Assembly (NCBI GenBank): GCA_964016885.1
Contig: OZ024740.1
Span: 263,748,001 to 263,812,000, forward strand
DNA: 64,000 bases
Reading direction: 5' to 3'
Source: Eledone cirrhosa
Lineage: Eukaryota
Each line of letters opens with the position of its first letter. Positions within the stretch are counted from its first letter, which is position 1. The notes beneath the pieces were generated by a model, which had not been told where the DNA came from, did no database searches, and saw only the letters and a list, made by a program, of their open reading frames with translations. Positions 23,998 to 38,078 of the stretch are shown here, in pieces. A program made the position numbers and the translations under genes.

Positions 23998-25423
23998 CTT
24001 GACTCTGTATTCCGTTTATCTTTCACCGAAAGTGATTTTTCATTGCATCTCTTCTTTCCATGATATCCGGAATACATTGAGTTCTTCATACGGATTGGAC
24101 ACTACCGTAAACTCTTGGTAGATTTATCTACATATATATATATATATATATATTTAATACAAAAACAGAGATAGTTTAAAGCTAAACTCTGACTGGTAAC
24201 CATTTCACTCAACAAACATTAGGTTATATTAAAATGTAAACCCAATTTAAGTGTTTGGGGTGCTAACAATATGTATAATGTGGAAAAACCAGTTGTATTA
24301 TTTTATGAGATATAATTAAAGTTAAAGTATATCTCTCTTTCCAAACAATTGTTTCATTATAAGTTTTCTACAAGTTTGGGAGAATGTTTCCAGTTTATGT
24401 AGAAGCCTAATATATATTCATGTAAGAATATATTTAGGTGGGCACTTATAAATCATCAGTGGAAGCCCATTAAACATTGATATAAGAAAACAATTTCTTA
24501 CCGCTATCAAATCATGTCCTTAAAGTTGCTCTCTCTCACCTCGAATGACCGCCAAATTTGAAATTCCAGCAGTTTTTGACTGAGGAAGTATCATAGCGAC
24601 ACGAAGCGGGAAGAGGAGACAACCCACGATCCACGAAATGAGGAAAAAAATAATAATATACACGCGGGTTAATTAGTTTTTTTGAAAACATTATCAATCC
24701 AACGTGTTTAAGAATTCAATTGAAAATAAAAAAATAAATATATGCTTGTATAAATTACACACGCATATAGATATTTTCTTAGGCTAAATCAGAAGTTGTA
24801 CCCGATGTATGCAAAAATCAAGAATCAAACGGAAACAACAATGCAAATAAAACAGTACAAAGAAGAAATGTATTATTTTGACGTTTGAAATTAGTAGGAA
24901 AAAAGTCTTTAAATTATGTATAGTACTACTTCACCAGGAGATTGGATGGGAAATAAAAGATGAAATAGAAAGAAGGGGAAGGAACGGAAAAAAAGAAACT
25001 TGAGTAAAACCACGTGAGTATTCAGTGGCCATTCTGACACTCGGGTTTCGCGGGCTTAACTGGAATAAGGCAGCCGTCATATTTATTTATTTCAAACCCC
25101 AAGCATATATTTCATGTTACATTAGTTAAACTAACTTAGCCAAAGGCATGACATGCACTAGTAATTACTCGGCTGAAATGTTTTGAACAATATACTTCCA
25201 AATGGTTTTCGTTCAATATTTTTGACGGAACGTTAGCGTTGCTTCGACTTGATGAAATTCACAAAATGTAAGGAGACTAATTTGAAAGGGAGAAACATGA
25301 AATCATAAATACTCACATACATCTTTCTTTGTGTATGTGCATGCAGACACACACACGCACACACACACGCGCGTATCTATCTATCTATCTACTTCTCTAC
25401 CTCTCTCTCCATCTATCTATCTC

Positions 25424-25510
<87 letters not shown>

Positions 25511-25537
25511 GGTAACACATCAGTTAGTTCAACATAC

Positions 25538-25576
25538 CGAGAAACAATTGTTTCACCTTACCGGATCCTCAGCTCG
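25538..25576 (-). ncRNA. Minimal type I hammerhead-like motif
   Basis: CGAG CTGAGGA T-CC-ggtaa-GG-T GAAAC AATT GTT t CTCG; one extra T before stem I. Confidence 0.65.
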
Positions 25577-25669
25577 CAATGGTCATGGTTATACGTCCCA
25601 TGAACTGAGTGGTCTGCCATTACGGTTATTACCTTCCGGTGTTCTAGCTCTCTCTCTCTGTATCTCCCC

Positions 25670-25744
<75 letters not shown>

Positions 25745-25762
25745 ACATGTATATATATATAT

Positions 25763-25878
25763 ATAGGAACGAGTAGGACCCCGACAGCTGAGCTCAAGCC
25801 GTTTCGACTGCTAATTCAGGCCAGAATTAGCCGTCGAAACGGCTTGAGCTCAGCCGTCGGGGTCCTACTCGTTCCTAT
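25763..25878. repeat. Fold-back palindrome (55-bp arms) containing the 3' half of a hammerhead
   Basis: Apex 25818-25823; right arm reads GCCGTC GAAAC GGC ttgagctca GCC GTC GGGG. Confidence 0.85.
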
Positions 25879-25954
25879 TACCCACTCTACTACCCTAAGT
25901 ATTGAGTACATTGGTGTGTTATGGTCCACCTGGTTCCTTAGCACATTTCCTTTG

Positions 25955-26014
<60 letters not shown>

Positions 26015-26156
26015 CGCGGGAGAAATATAATGAGATAGATTGAGAAATTATGAAGTAGATAGATAGGTGGATGTGAATGTGGATAGGTATATAGATAAAT
26101 ACCATTCGAAACCACGTTAACTACCTCTCCGTTGATGTAATCTCTGTCATATATAC

Positions 26157-26270
<114 letters not shown>

Positions 26271-26350
26271 TTGTGTGTGTGATGAATACGTGTGTGCATG
26301 TTTACGTGCAGATTGGTATATACCCTACATATGACATATATTTATATATA

Positions 26351-26413
<63 letters not shown>

Positions 26414-26766
26414 TATAAGTATATTTATATTTATATAAATGTACACATATATTTATATATGTGTGTGTGAGTGTGTGTGTGTATGTATGCGCACTTTATG
26501 CATATTATGCCTGTATATAAATATGTTTATACGAGTGTGTGTACAATGATCTAAGATGGCCACATTAGGGAATTTACATTGTTTCCTTTACTTTATTGGC
26601 CAGGAGCTTTTCGTCTATACTAGCATGCTCGTCAATTAAACTAATAAATTAATGATTATTACTCTGTTCCTTTATTCTGAGACACGCACACAATTCATAT
26701 ACGATAACATGCCCTTATACAAAGACACAGCCACATGCAAGCATATATATATATATACACACACAC

Positions 26767-26830
<64 letters not shown>

Positions 26831-26839
26831 ATATATATG

Positions 26840-26886
<47 letters not shown>

Positions 26887-27074
26887 CATACATATATGTA
26901 TATATATGTATATGTATATATATATGTATATATATATATTATATACATGTATATTTATATATATGTATATATATGTATATATATATGTATGAAAAAAATA
27001 TGTATATATATTCATATATATATATACATATATATACATATATATATATATACATATATATTCATATATATATG

Positions 27075-27198
<124 letters not shown>

Positions 27199-27743
27199 TA
27201 TGCACACACATATACAAATATATATATTTGTGTGTTTAACTGGAGAAACTTTTCTCCAAAAATCTAATTTTCATTGCAAAGCCATAAGATATTTCAAATT
27301 AGAAGTCGCTGTGAGAAAACCATTAAAGCGTGTCAGATGCACACATATAACAAACTATTATAATTGCAACATAACCTAAAGGACATTTCCACATTTATAA
27401 TTGAAGATGTGGTAATGAAGTGAAAAATCTTCCTTTGTTGTGTTGATTCTAGTACATACTCGTGTTTCTTGTAGCTGTTTTAGTTGTTATTTGACCTTTA
27501 TTATTATTGTCGTTGTTGTTGTTGTTATACTCTATGGTAGATAGTAGTAAGTCGGACAGACAGTTAACTGTGACATCATTAGCTTTTTTGTTTCGATTTG
27601 ATATATGTTTCATACCTTTTGATCCTTTATATAAGAAATGAAATGAAAAATGATGTATGTATTTATATACTTAGATGTGTGAGTGTTCGTGCTCGACGTT
27701 GATAGTGTGCGTGTGTGTATGATGTGGGTTCGTATATATAATA

Positions 27744-27810
<67 letters not shown>

Positions 27811-27819
<9 letters not shown>

Positions 27820-30522
27820 GGAAGCAGAAAATTGCTTACTGTAATGCAGTTCGTGGTTAAGACAGCCAGTTTCATGGGCGTTTTCAACGTATGGTTAGGG
27901 GTAACTCCACAAGTTTGTAAGAATCACGTTCAATCTTGCAGTGTAAAGGATAAAAGAGAAAACAAAGGTAGGCATTAAAAAAAGGATGTTACCCCCACAT
28001 TTAATCTCTAGGACCATAAGGTAAATTTTGATTATAACCCCACAATTAGCCTTATATGCCCGTCCAAATCGGACATGGGGAAAATTAGTAAACATATATT
28101 AGACAGAGTGATAGCACAAATGAAGAATAAACCAGTAATTAAACTATGGGGTAACACTACAGAAACAATTAAATGGTTTAACAATATAACTAACAAAAAA
28201 GTATCTAAGTTTATACAATACGACATTAACGACTATTACTCCTCTCTATCTCCCAACACCTTGGATAAAGACTTAGCATTCGCCAAAGCCAAGTCTGACC
28301 TAACAGACGACGAGATAAATATTATATTAGCTGCTAGGAAAACAATAATTAAATTTGAAAACGTCTATTGGGAACGTAAGGATAGATTAAATATCTTCGA
28401 CATCACGATGGGGGCTAATGACTCTGCTCAAGTCACAGATTTAGTAGGTATTTACATAGCCCATAATTTACAGAGGGTGTTTAGCGAGTTTCACGGTGGA
28501 ATCTACAGAGACGACGCCCTTCTCCTAGTTAAGAGCCTAAATAACCAGAGCATAGAAAGACTATCGGGAAACTGGGCCTTAGCATAACGTATGAATATAG
28601 CACTAAAATAGCTAACTTCCTAGACGCGACGATTAACCTAAATACGGGACTTATACGACCTTTACACAAGATTAATGAAAATTTAGCATACATCAACTGT
28701 AATTCGAACCACCCACTATCCCTTAGGATCTCCCGCCTCTCATCTAACCAACAAATCTTCGAGGAACATGCAGATTACTACAATACCGCACTCGACAAGG
28801 CAGGCCACTTAGATAGAGGAGAATATATATATGAAAGCCTCCACAAAGCACACACGAACACGCATAGCACAAACTCCAGAAACACACGCACACACAAATT
28901 ATAATGAAAATAGAAATACAACATAGAAATCAAGCAGGTCACGCAGTAGAAAATATATTTGGTATAACCCCATATTTAACACCTCTATTAGTACTAACCT
29001 ACCCTCTACCTTCTTTAGAATAATAAATAAGCACTTTCCAGATTCACATAGATACAGCAAAATCTTTAACACTAAATCTATTAGACTATCTTACTCCACG
29101 GCACCAAACATAGCGGCACACATTAAGATGATTAACGCTAAAAAGATACGTAACAACACCAGAACACAAATTTATAACAATAACAATACAATTACCATTG
29201 AACACAACAGGATATCTAATACACAACCACCCACTAATAGGCAAACAAGACGTAACGCACTTGTACAGGTAGCGCAGCCCACTAATAATGCCAAGGTTGC
29301 CCATGACAAGAATTGTAATTGCCACCTACCTGAAACCTGTCCATTGCATAACGAATGTATGCAGTCTAACCTGGTTTACCAATGCACAGTGGAATCAGAC
29401 AACCAGTGATGGTATTACATCGGAACGACGGGGAATACATTTAAAGCTCGTTGGTATACACACCGTTACGCAATGAAACATTCCCAGCATCGTTATGTAA
29501 CTACCCTTGCGAACAAGACCTGGCAACTGAGGGAAAGCAATCATCAATACACCCTGAAGTGGAAAAAAGTATCGAACGCGCCCCCATATCGGAGTGGTAT
29601 GAGAAGCTATCGATTATGTGACCTTGAGCTGTTCCACATTTTGAGTTCGAAGAAAAAGTTACTCAACAATAAAATCGAAAGATCGATTTATTGTAAACAT
29701 AGACTCAAAGAAAAGTTTTCGCACTACAAGTGCAAATCGAACCCTTAACCTCTTACTACTACCACCTGACAAACTGCATATACTTAGACTTTCGACCCTC
29801 CTATTGTATTCAACCCCTTTAATTACCCACAAAACCAATACCTACATCCCTCCCTTCACCTTCATTCCTTTTCTATTTCTTTTCGTTATCTTCCTTTCTT
29901 CTCTCTCCCTTTTTTATGTCTTTTCTTTTCTTCTCTCCTCCTTCTTTATTTATTTATTTATTTATTTATTATTTATTTTTTTTATATATATATATATTTA
30001 TTTATTTATCTCTCTATCTCTCCCCTCTCTCTCTCTTTTTCTCTCTCTCTTTTCTCTCTCTCTCTCTCTCTCTCTCTCCATCCCTCCCACTATAAACCAT
30101 TTAATTCTCTTTAACTCACTACACTCTAAATCAACGACATCATGTCTACATAAACCAAAACTGATCAAAGATTCCTTCAAAATATACCCCTCCCTCCATC
30201 TCAGTTTGTCACCCTACTTCCTAATTATTCTCCCCCTTCCTCTCTCTCTATACTACTCCCTTTGTCCCTCCACTTTCTAATTCCTCTTCCTCTCTCTCTA
30301 TACTAGCAAATACAATTCCAAAAAATGTTTTTCACTATATATTAAGAACTTGTTAAGAGTAACTTATTCACTATTTTGAAAATTTGGACGTGTACAACAA
30401 TTATTATTGAGTGGCTGCTATTTGCAGTATAGCAATATAAGGTTGCACTTACCAATGAAACAGTCGTAAATACCTAGATAAAATCCCTTTTTTAATGTTT
30501 ACCTGTGTTTTCTCTTTTATCC

Positions 30523-30523
<1 letters not shown>
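27811..30523 (+). mobile_element. Degenerate Penelope-like element (RT + C-terminal GIY-YIG) with inverted pseudo-LTR at its 5' side
   Basis: GKISKHILD, MGANDSAQVTDL, YRDD, CNC..CPL..C linker and LVYQC..YIGTT. 27945-27988 is the reverse complement of 30483-30523. Confidence 0.9.
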
Positions 30524-30613
<90 letters not shown>

Positions 30614-31296
30614 CTGGTCCCAATAACTTTTTTTTAGTTATTGCTCGCACCAACCTGAGTTATCTGATTTTTAATGTGATGAAATACCAATGATGGTTGG
30701 AAAATCACTGACGAAGGACTATTTTTATCATATGTAACCTATGTTCCATCACGCAGTTTCTTCTTTCTCATGTTTTTTTTATATATAAACACCTCGGCTG
30801 CGTTTGTCTGTTTCTCTCTTACTGCTTCTCCGTTCTCTCTGTTTCTCTCACCTTCTTTCGCCCCCTCTGTCAGTTACACTTTCTCTCGACTGACCGCTTC
30901 CTCGAACTTCCACTCACTCACTCTCTGTTTCTCCCCTTCTCATTTCCTCCCGTTTGGCTAACAGTGGGTCTCTTCTTGCTTACATCCCAGTCACGCTGGA
31001 CGTGTCTGTACCTCTCGTTCATGAAATCCACCCAGCTTATGCTGACCAGGACTACCATGTTGCTTGTTTATTTCCTTTCTTTGGTTCGCTTTTATCCTTC
31101 TATGTTGTTCACTTGTCCCCTCGATTTACGCGATTTACTGGTCACAATAACTTTTTTTAGTTATTGGTGGCACCAACCTGGGGTATCTGATTTTTAATGC
31201 GATGAAATGCCAATAATGGTTGGAAAATCACTGACGAAGGACTATTTTCATCATATGTAACCTATGTGTAACCACGCAGTATTCTTCTTTCTTCTC

Positions 31297-31303
<7 letters not shown>
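30614..31303. mobile_element. Terminally redundant non-coding element in (TA)n (period 524 bp)
   Basis: ~165-bp direct repeat starting CTGGTC at 30614 and 31138; each copy contains CTGACGAAGGA. Confidence 0.75.
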
Positions 31304-31332
<29 letters not shown>

Positions 31333-31984
31333 AGTGTGTGTGTGTAATATAACACTCCTGAACTCACACAGACACAGACACATCCTCACATCTATATATA
31401 CTCTATATGTAAATTGTTATATACATACATATATGTATGTATGTATGTATGCATATATGTATGTATGTATATATGTATGTATAAACGTGTGTGTGTATGC
31501 TTGTATTTATGCCTTTAAAGTTAATTGCCAATGTCATTACTGTTATACAACTCGTCAACTATAGTAGCAACAGCAATAAAATTGAGTAATCGACACGAGG
31601 AATCTGAAACAAGGTCATAGAAAAATATACGACGGCTTTAGACTTCACATACAGTATGAGTTAATATGGTTGATCAAAGTGTCTCTTGCTTATTTATTTA
31701 TATTGCCTCTGATCATCTCGCCTTTTAGCTCCTTTTCCCCATTCGCTTAATTAACAAGGTATGCTTATAACAAGATGTCATGCGTTTGAACGATAATTCA
31801 ACTAAACGAAACATCTTAAACATGAGATTAAATTAATCAGATATGTGTATGTGGGTTTAGCTTACGTTTTATTTCTATTTTAATGGCAAAAATCAGTGGA
31901 GTCACGAGTCTTTTCTCTCTCTGCAAGTCTAATGAAAAGATACGAAGGAGTTCGTCTCAGATCCAAAGAGTTTTAATTAAGTAG

Positions 31985-32162
31985 GAATCATTCGGTAGAG
32001 CGTCGGACGCCATGCTTTCCAGCATAGTTACGTCCCTCTACGGTCTGAGTTCAAATCCCGCCGAGGTTCACTTTGCCTTTCATCCTTACGGGGTCGATAA
32101 CATAAAGTACCAGTAATACACTGGTTATTTGCTGGCCTTGTACCAACAGTACAAACAATTAC
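31985..32162 (+). mobile_element. tRNA-derived SINE (family with CTTTGCCTTTCATCCTT.CGGGGTCGATAA body)
   Basis: B-box-like GAGTTCAAATCCC; four copies in the window. Confidence 0.85.
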
Positions 32163-32397
32163 TGTTTACCACCAGCCACCCACGATAAAGAAGGATTAAA
32201 TATATGTCATACGTAAGTGATATTTAGTGCGTATTATTCTGTGAAGCAGACGTGAATTTACTATTCGATGCAGTTGTTTAGCCTCAAATTAACCTTGTCC
32301 TTTTAGCCAGAATATGAAAAAAAATACCACTCTTTCTGTTTCTTTTCTTCCTCACTCTCTCCCACTTTTTTGTATTTCTTTTTTTATATCTCATTCT

Positions 32398-32442
32398 AAA
32401 TTCTGATGAAGGAATAGTGTCCGAAACCTTAAGTCATCATTT
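32398..32442 (+). ncRNA. Hammerhead-like motif with an extra A after the core
   Basis: CTGATGA-A-GGA-atagtg-TCC-GAAAC cttaa GTC; stem I is weak. Related motif at 41435-41460. Confidence 0.45.
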
Positions 32443-32549
32443 CTATTATACAGTGTTGAACTAATAAATATCTTCATTGTACTGTATCGTTTGCTATATA
32501 GTTTACCGTTTATTTTTCGAATAAATATGTATGTAGGCATGTATGTATG

Positions 32550-33378
32550 TTCTTCTGGTTTTATAATTTCACAAAGTTTTAACAATAGAGAGAGAGAGTC
32601 GGTTTCTAACATAGACACAAGACTCTCTCATTGGAATTTACACAACATCAACTAGGTAGATATGTATGTATGCATGCATGTGTAGATATGGATGTTATTG
32701 TATGTGTGGATGTGGATGTTTTGAGTTGTATGTGTGCATGTGTATATGCTTTGTATCTGTACATGTGTATATGCAGTTATTAGATGTACAATTTTTGGAA
32801 TGTTTTACATATTTTTACTGTTCCATTAATGGATTGTACTTGTAATTTCCTAACTAGTTGTGTTCTTTCTGTTCCTGTGAAGCCTAGCTTCTCAAGATTT
32901 GTATTGAGGTAGTTACTAACATAACCCAGTGCCCCAATAATCACAGGCATAAATCTGAAGGTGTAATCAGAATGGAGTATCTGCAGATTTCTCATCAGTT
33001 CTGCATAAATATTCTCCTTTTCACTAATCTTTGATATTATATTGGCATCTGCTGGGCAGCTAACTCCCACTACTGTGCATGTTTTCTTCTCCCTGCCCCA
33101 TATCATAATATCTGGTCTGTTATGCCTGCATTTTATTGGGGGTTTTATTAGAACATTCCACCAGTACTCTTTCATATTATGTACATGGATGTCTTCCACA
33201 TTGTTGTAGCTTTTAATGTGTTTATTATCGGGGCTATCTTTTTTACGAACTGCATTGTACAGTGTTTTGGCCACTACATCATGCCTCATAGGTAGATAGT
33301 ACATCGATGACATCTTTGGACAGCTGCTGATGACATGGGTGATATCCTCGATGTTAGTTCTGCAGAGTCTGCACTTGT
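32550..33378 (-). mobile_element. 5'-truncated family B RLE LINE
   Basis: ORF 32780-33313 (YYLPMRHD, HNRPDIMIW); same 3' junction as the copy at 1769; TATG at both ends. Confidence 0.92.
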
Positions 33379-33401
33379 ATGTAAGTATGTATGTATGTAT
33401 G

Positions 33402-36002
33402 TTTTCTCTTTCTCTTAATTTCGAGTATATTTTTTTGACCGGCCACCTTCCTGGTGGGAAGGTTGTAAAAGAAAAGAAATTGTCATCCCTTGAATCGCAA
33501 GAATGTTTTGCAAATTTTGAAGGTGCCAGCTATCGCAGCCATTTGTAGACTATGAATTAGGGAGCTGCGCTTTTTGTCCGCAAATCCAAGTTCAGTCATA
33601 CTTTGGTCCAAGCGGGTTGGTATATAACCCGTAGCACCAATAATGATGGGTATGAAGCTAAAGGTGTATCTTGGATACTGGATTTGTAAACTCCTCATCA
33701 ATGGTCCGTAGATGTCCTCCTTCTCCTGTATTTTTCTGACAACGTTTACATCAAGTGGGCAGCTGATCTCCACAACAGAACACGTTTTCAATGTGTGGTC
33801 CCAAACTACAATATCAGGCCGGTTGTGCTTTAATTTGGTGGCAGTTTTTATTTTCAGGTTCCACCAGTATTCCTTAGTGCCATCTGTCTCAATATATTCT
33901 TCCTCGTTTGTTGTTAATTTTGTTTTCCGAAGTGCGTTCCAGATGGTTCTAGCTATCCCATCGTGTCTCATGGGGAGGTAGTAGCGAGATGACATTCTTT
34001 CGCAGCTGGCAACAATGTGGCTTACATCCTCGATCTTTGTTTTACATAGCCTACATTTATTGTCAGCTGTTGGCCCTCCTCTTTTGTGCAGCAGATATTT
34101 GGTAGGGACTTCTTGTTCCTGTATTGCATAGAGATATCCCTCAAGGTGTGATGTCATAAACTTGTCGGAACTCCATGCCAGACTTTTTGAGTGGTTTATC
34201 CCCTCTATGGTCTGTATTTTACGCCTCAAGTATCCATGCACAACTTTTTCTGTAAATTGGTCAATTGTTTTATCTTGTTTGAACATTGAATAGGATCTTC
34301 CGATTTCTCTGGGTGAGAGATTTATATCAGGCTTTATTCCATATCTCTCCTCCAGATCAGTCGCTATTCTAATGATATTTCGTTTTTCATGGTCATAAAC
34401 CTGGGCAAGATGGTTGCCAACCTTTTTCCTCTGTTGAAGGTGTTGCTTCAGTGTTACTATCCGGGTCTCATATGTTGTTAATATTGATTTTAGACCCCGG
34501 CCACCTTCCTTGCGTGAGAAGTATAGCCTATCCACATCACCATTGATGTTAAAGCTCCCAGTAACACTGAGAAGTTTTCGAGTTCTAACATCCATCTCAC
34601 TTAGTTCTTGCAATGACCAGTTCAGTAGGCCAAATGTTGGCGTTAGAATTGGCACAGCATAAGTATTGTGGGCAATGTATTTGTTGTATGCTGACAGTTC
34701 TGATGACCATATTTTCTTTACTCTTCTGAGGTATTCAGTTCTGGTTCTCTCCTTATTTATGGGTCCATCATATCTGACATTCTCATCCTGTCCAAGATAT
34801 TTGTAGTTGTCACCTGACTGCAGAGGTTGTATTGTCAGGCCGTTCATCTCTAGATTTCCAGAGGAGGGCACAGCTCTTCCACGTTTTACTGCCAAATATG
34901 CACACTTGGACTCACCAAATTTCATTTTGATGTCGGTTGAAAATTGTGTAATGAGGTCCAATTGTTTCTTGATGTCATTGATATTTGGCCCATACAACTT
35001 CAGGTCATCAACAAAGAAAAGATGGGGGATACTTCTGGGCCCACTTCTTTGTCCACCTTGTTTCCTGAGTAGGTAAGATAGTGGATTCAGTGAGAGAACG
35101 AAGAGTAGCACTGACAAGCTATCACCCTGAAAGATGCCCTTCTGGTAATGTATCTTATCAGTCTTAACCTGCTCCTTCTCACCTCTAAGGATCAAACTCG
35201 TGTACCAGTTCTTGGTCAGGCGTTCAACAGCAGCTACCAATGGTTGTGGGACTTTAGCTAACTGTAAAGCCTTAACAATCCAGCCATGAGGTACACTATC
35301 AAATGCTTTTTGATAGTCCAGCCACACGACAGTCATGTTTCTGCGATTCTGTGTTGTTTTTTTCCTGAATCATTTTGTTAGTTAGTAGGTGATCTATGCA
35401 ACCCCACACCTCCCTCTTTCCACTAGCTTGCTCAGGTGTTATGTTGTTGTTGGTAGCACAGTGATCCTGTAAGAACAGGTTAAGGCACCCAGTATATAAT
35501 TTATACATGATGTTTTGGCAGGCAATTGGGCGTTAATTTTTAGCAAGGGTGGTTTGGCTATTTTGGGGAATGAGGAGAGTAGAGGCAGTTGATAACCATC
35601 TGGGCAGTTCTTGTGTGCCCTTAATAGTTTCTGTAAACAGCCGTATGAGATCTTGCCGATAGAAAGTGAAATTCTTCAACCAGTATCCTGTAATGAGGTC
35701 TGGGCCTGGCGATTTCCTATTCGACATTTTCTGTAGAGCTGTTTCCAGTATTGACCCATCTATGTCATATTGTTTTGTCTGGACATGTTGGCAGTAGTCC
35801 TGTTCCAGTTCTTTTAGCCAATTAGCTTGTCTGTTGAATCCGTCATCCGTTTCCCATACAGATCTCCAGTAGCTCTCAACCTGTTCTTTTGAAGGGTGTC
35901 ATTTACAGAGATTGAGCTTTTGCCACCGAAGCTGCGATAAACTGATTTAGGATCTTTGGAAAACAATCTATTCAGCACTTGTCGTTTATGTGCTGTTAAC
36001 TT
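33402..36002 (-). mobile_element. 5'-truncated R4/Dong-like RLE LINE (family C, copy 1)
   Basis: Frameshifted RT N-terminus (KSPGPD) followed by a long open frame; TATG at both ends. Confidence 0.93.
33483..35336 (-). CDS. RT + CCHC + restriction-like endonuclease portion of the family C ORF (617-aa open segment of a disrupted ORF)
   Basis: LDYQKAFDSV, IFQGDSLS, FVDDLKLY, CRLC..EDVSHIVASC, RHD, NRPDIVVWD..EISCP..EKEDIY. Confidence 0.85.
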   Translation of the reverse strand: MTVVWLDYQKAFDSVPHGWIVKALQLAKVPQPLVAAVERLTKNWYTSLILRGEKEQVKTDKIHYQKGIFQGDSLSVLLFVLSLNPLSYLLRKQGGQRSGPRSIPHLFFVDDLKLYGPNINDIKKQLDLITQFSTDIKMKFGESKCAYLAVKRGRAVPSSGNLEMNGLTIQPLQSGDNYKYLGQDENVRYDGPINKERTRTEYLRRVKKIWSSELSAYNKYIAHNTYAVPILTPTFGLLNWSLQELSEMDVRTRKLLSVTGSFNINGDVDRLYFSRKEGGRGLKSILTTYETRIVTLKQHLQQRKKVGNHLAQVYDHEKRNIIRIATDLEERYGIKPDINLSPREIGRSYSMFKQDKTIDQFTEKVVHGYLRRKIQTIEGINHSKSLAWSSDKFMTSHLEGYLYAIQEQEVPTKYLLHKRGGPTADNKCRLCKTKIEDVSHIVASCERMSSRYYLPMRHDGIARTIWNALRKTKLTTNEEEYIETDGTKEYWWNLKIKTATKLKHNRPDIVVWDHTLKTCSVVEISCPLDVNVVRKIQEKEDIYGPLMRSLQIQYPRYTFSFIPIIIGATGYIPTRLDQSMTELGFADKKRSSLIHSLQMAAIAGTFKICKTFLRFKG

Positions 36003-36097
36003 ATGTATGTATGTATGTATGTATGTATGTATGTATGTATGTATGTATGTATGTATGTATGTATGTATGTATGTATGTATGTATGTATGTATGTATT

Positions 36098-36507
36098 CCG
36101 GGAGAGATAACCCCTTAGCCTTTGTCAAGGCAGAATTCTAGGAGAAGGAAAACTCTGATATAACACCTGCAACCCTGATAGTATCCAATGATGTTGACTT
36201 GTTCTTCTTCTTGGTAAATAACTTCTCGGTTAAGAGAGTGGGACTGGATTTGTGCAGTGCCTTTGCTCACTATAAAAGTTTCACGGCACAGGTATTGCTT
36301 TATATCTGTAGATCTCTCTGCACTTGTCATCACATGGTACCATGTGCCCAGCACTATGTGTCAGTAATTGTCGCAAGTGTAGTGTTTGCACCAGAGTTTT
36401 CTAGTCGCTGGCTGGACTATAAACTCACACTCGTTCAGCGCATCAGTAGGGGTTCTCCTACATGGATATAAAGTAGTGGCCGTACTCGAAAACGAGTTGG
36501 CAGCCAC
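36098..36507 (+). mobile_element. 5'-truncated copy of non-coding element D
   Basis: Homologous to 38291-38700; same 3' hairpin, followed by CAT(GTAT)n. Confidence 0.85.
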
Positions 36508-36527
36508 CATGTATGTATGTATGTATG

Positions 36528-37897
36528 TTTTCTCTTTCTCTTAATTTTGAGTATATTTTTTTGACCGGCCACCTTCCTGGTGGCAAGGTTGTAAAAGAAA
36601 AGAAATTGTCATCCCTTGAATCGCAAGAATGTTTTGCAAATTTTGAAGGTGCCAGCTATCGCAGCCATTTGTAGACTATGAATTAGGGAGCTGCGCTTTT
36701 TGTCCGCAAATCCAAGTTCAGTCATACTTTGGTCCAAGCGGGTTGGTATATAACCCGTAGCACCAATAATGATGGGTATGAAGCTAAAGGTGTATCTTGG
36801 ATACTGGATTTGTAAACTCCTCATCAATGGTCCGTAGATGTCCTCCTTCTCCTGTATTTTTCTGACAACGTTTACATAAAGTGGGCAGCTGATCTCCACA
36901 ACAGAACACGTTTTCAATGTGTGGTCCCAAACTACAATATCAGGCCGGTTGTGCTTTAATCTGGTGGCAGTTTTTATTTTCAGGTTCCACCAGTATTCCT
37001 TAGTGCCATCTGTCTCAATATATTCTTCCTTGTTTGTTGTTAATTTTGTTTTCCGAAGTGCGTTCCAGATGGTTCTAGCTATCCCATCGTGTCTCATGGG
37101 GAGGTAGTAGCGAGATGACATTCTTTCGCAGCTGGCAACAATGTGGCTTACATCCTCGATCTTTGTTTTACATAGCCTACATTTATTGTCAGCTGCTGGC
37201 CCTCCTCTTTTGTGCAGCAGATATTTGGTAGGGACTTCTTGTTCCTGTATTGCATAGAGATATCCCTCAAGGTGTGATGTCATAAACTTGTCGGAACTCC
37301 ATGCCAGGCTTTTTGAGTGGTTTATCCCCTCTATGGTCTGTGTTTTACGCCTCAAGTATCCATGCACAACTTTTTCTGTAAATTGGTCAATTTTTTTTTC
37401 TTGTTTGAACATTGAATAGGATCTTCCGATTTCTCTGGGTGAGAGATTTATATCGGGCTTTATTCCATATCTCTCCTCCAGATCAGTCGCTATTCTAATG
37501 ATATTTCGTTTTTCATGGTCATAAACCTGGGCAAGATGGTTGCCAACCTTTTTCCTCTGTTGAAGGTGTTGCTTCAGTGTTACTATCCGGGTCTCATATG
37601 TTGTTAATATTGATTTTAGACCCCGGCCACCTTCCTTGCGTGAGTAGTATAGCCTATCCACATCACCATTGATGTTAAAGTTCCCAGTAACACTGAGAAG
37701 TTTTCGAGTTCTAACATCCATCTCACTTAGTTCTTGCAATGACCAGTTCAGTAGGCCAAATGTTGGCGTTAGAATTGGCACAGCATAAGTATTGTGGGCA
37801 ATGTATTTGTTGTATGCTGACAGTTCTGATGACCATATTTTCTTTACTCTTCTGAGGTATTCAGTTCTGGTTTTCTCCTTATTTATGGGTCCATCAT
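36528..37897 (-). mobile_element. 5'-truncated family C RLE LINE (copy 2)
   Basis: 390-aa ORF 36609-37781 nearly identical to copy 1; same 3' junction in TATG. Confidence 0.93.
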
Positions 37898-37898
37898 G

Positions 37899-37932
<34 letters not shown>

Positions 37933-38078
37933 TGTATGTATGTATGTATGTATGTATGTATGTATGTATGTATGTATGTATGTATATCTGTTTCTATATA
38001 TATGAAATGTGTGTGTGCTTATGAATAAAAACGAGAAGGAAATCTAAGATGCTGAAAATAGAAAGCGGGAAAAGTCTG

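Noticed and set aside
29400-29415. In-frame TGA in the PLE GIY-YIG region as possible selenocysteine
   Set aside because: It is not at a conserved Cys (the CNC..C..C residues are normal Cys codons); likely CGA-to-TGA decay in an element with other disruptions.
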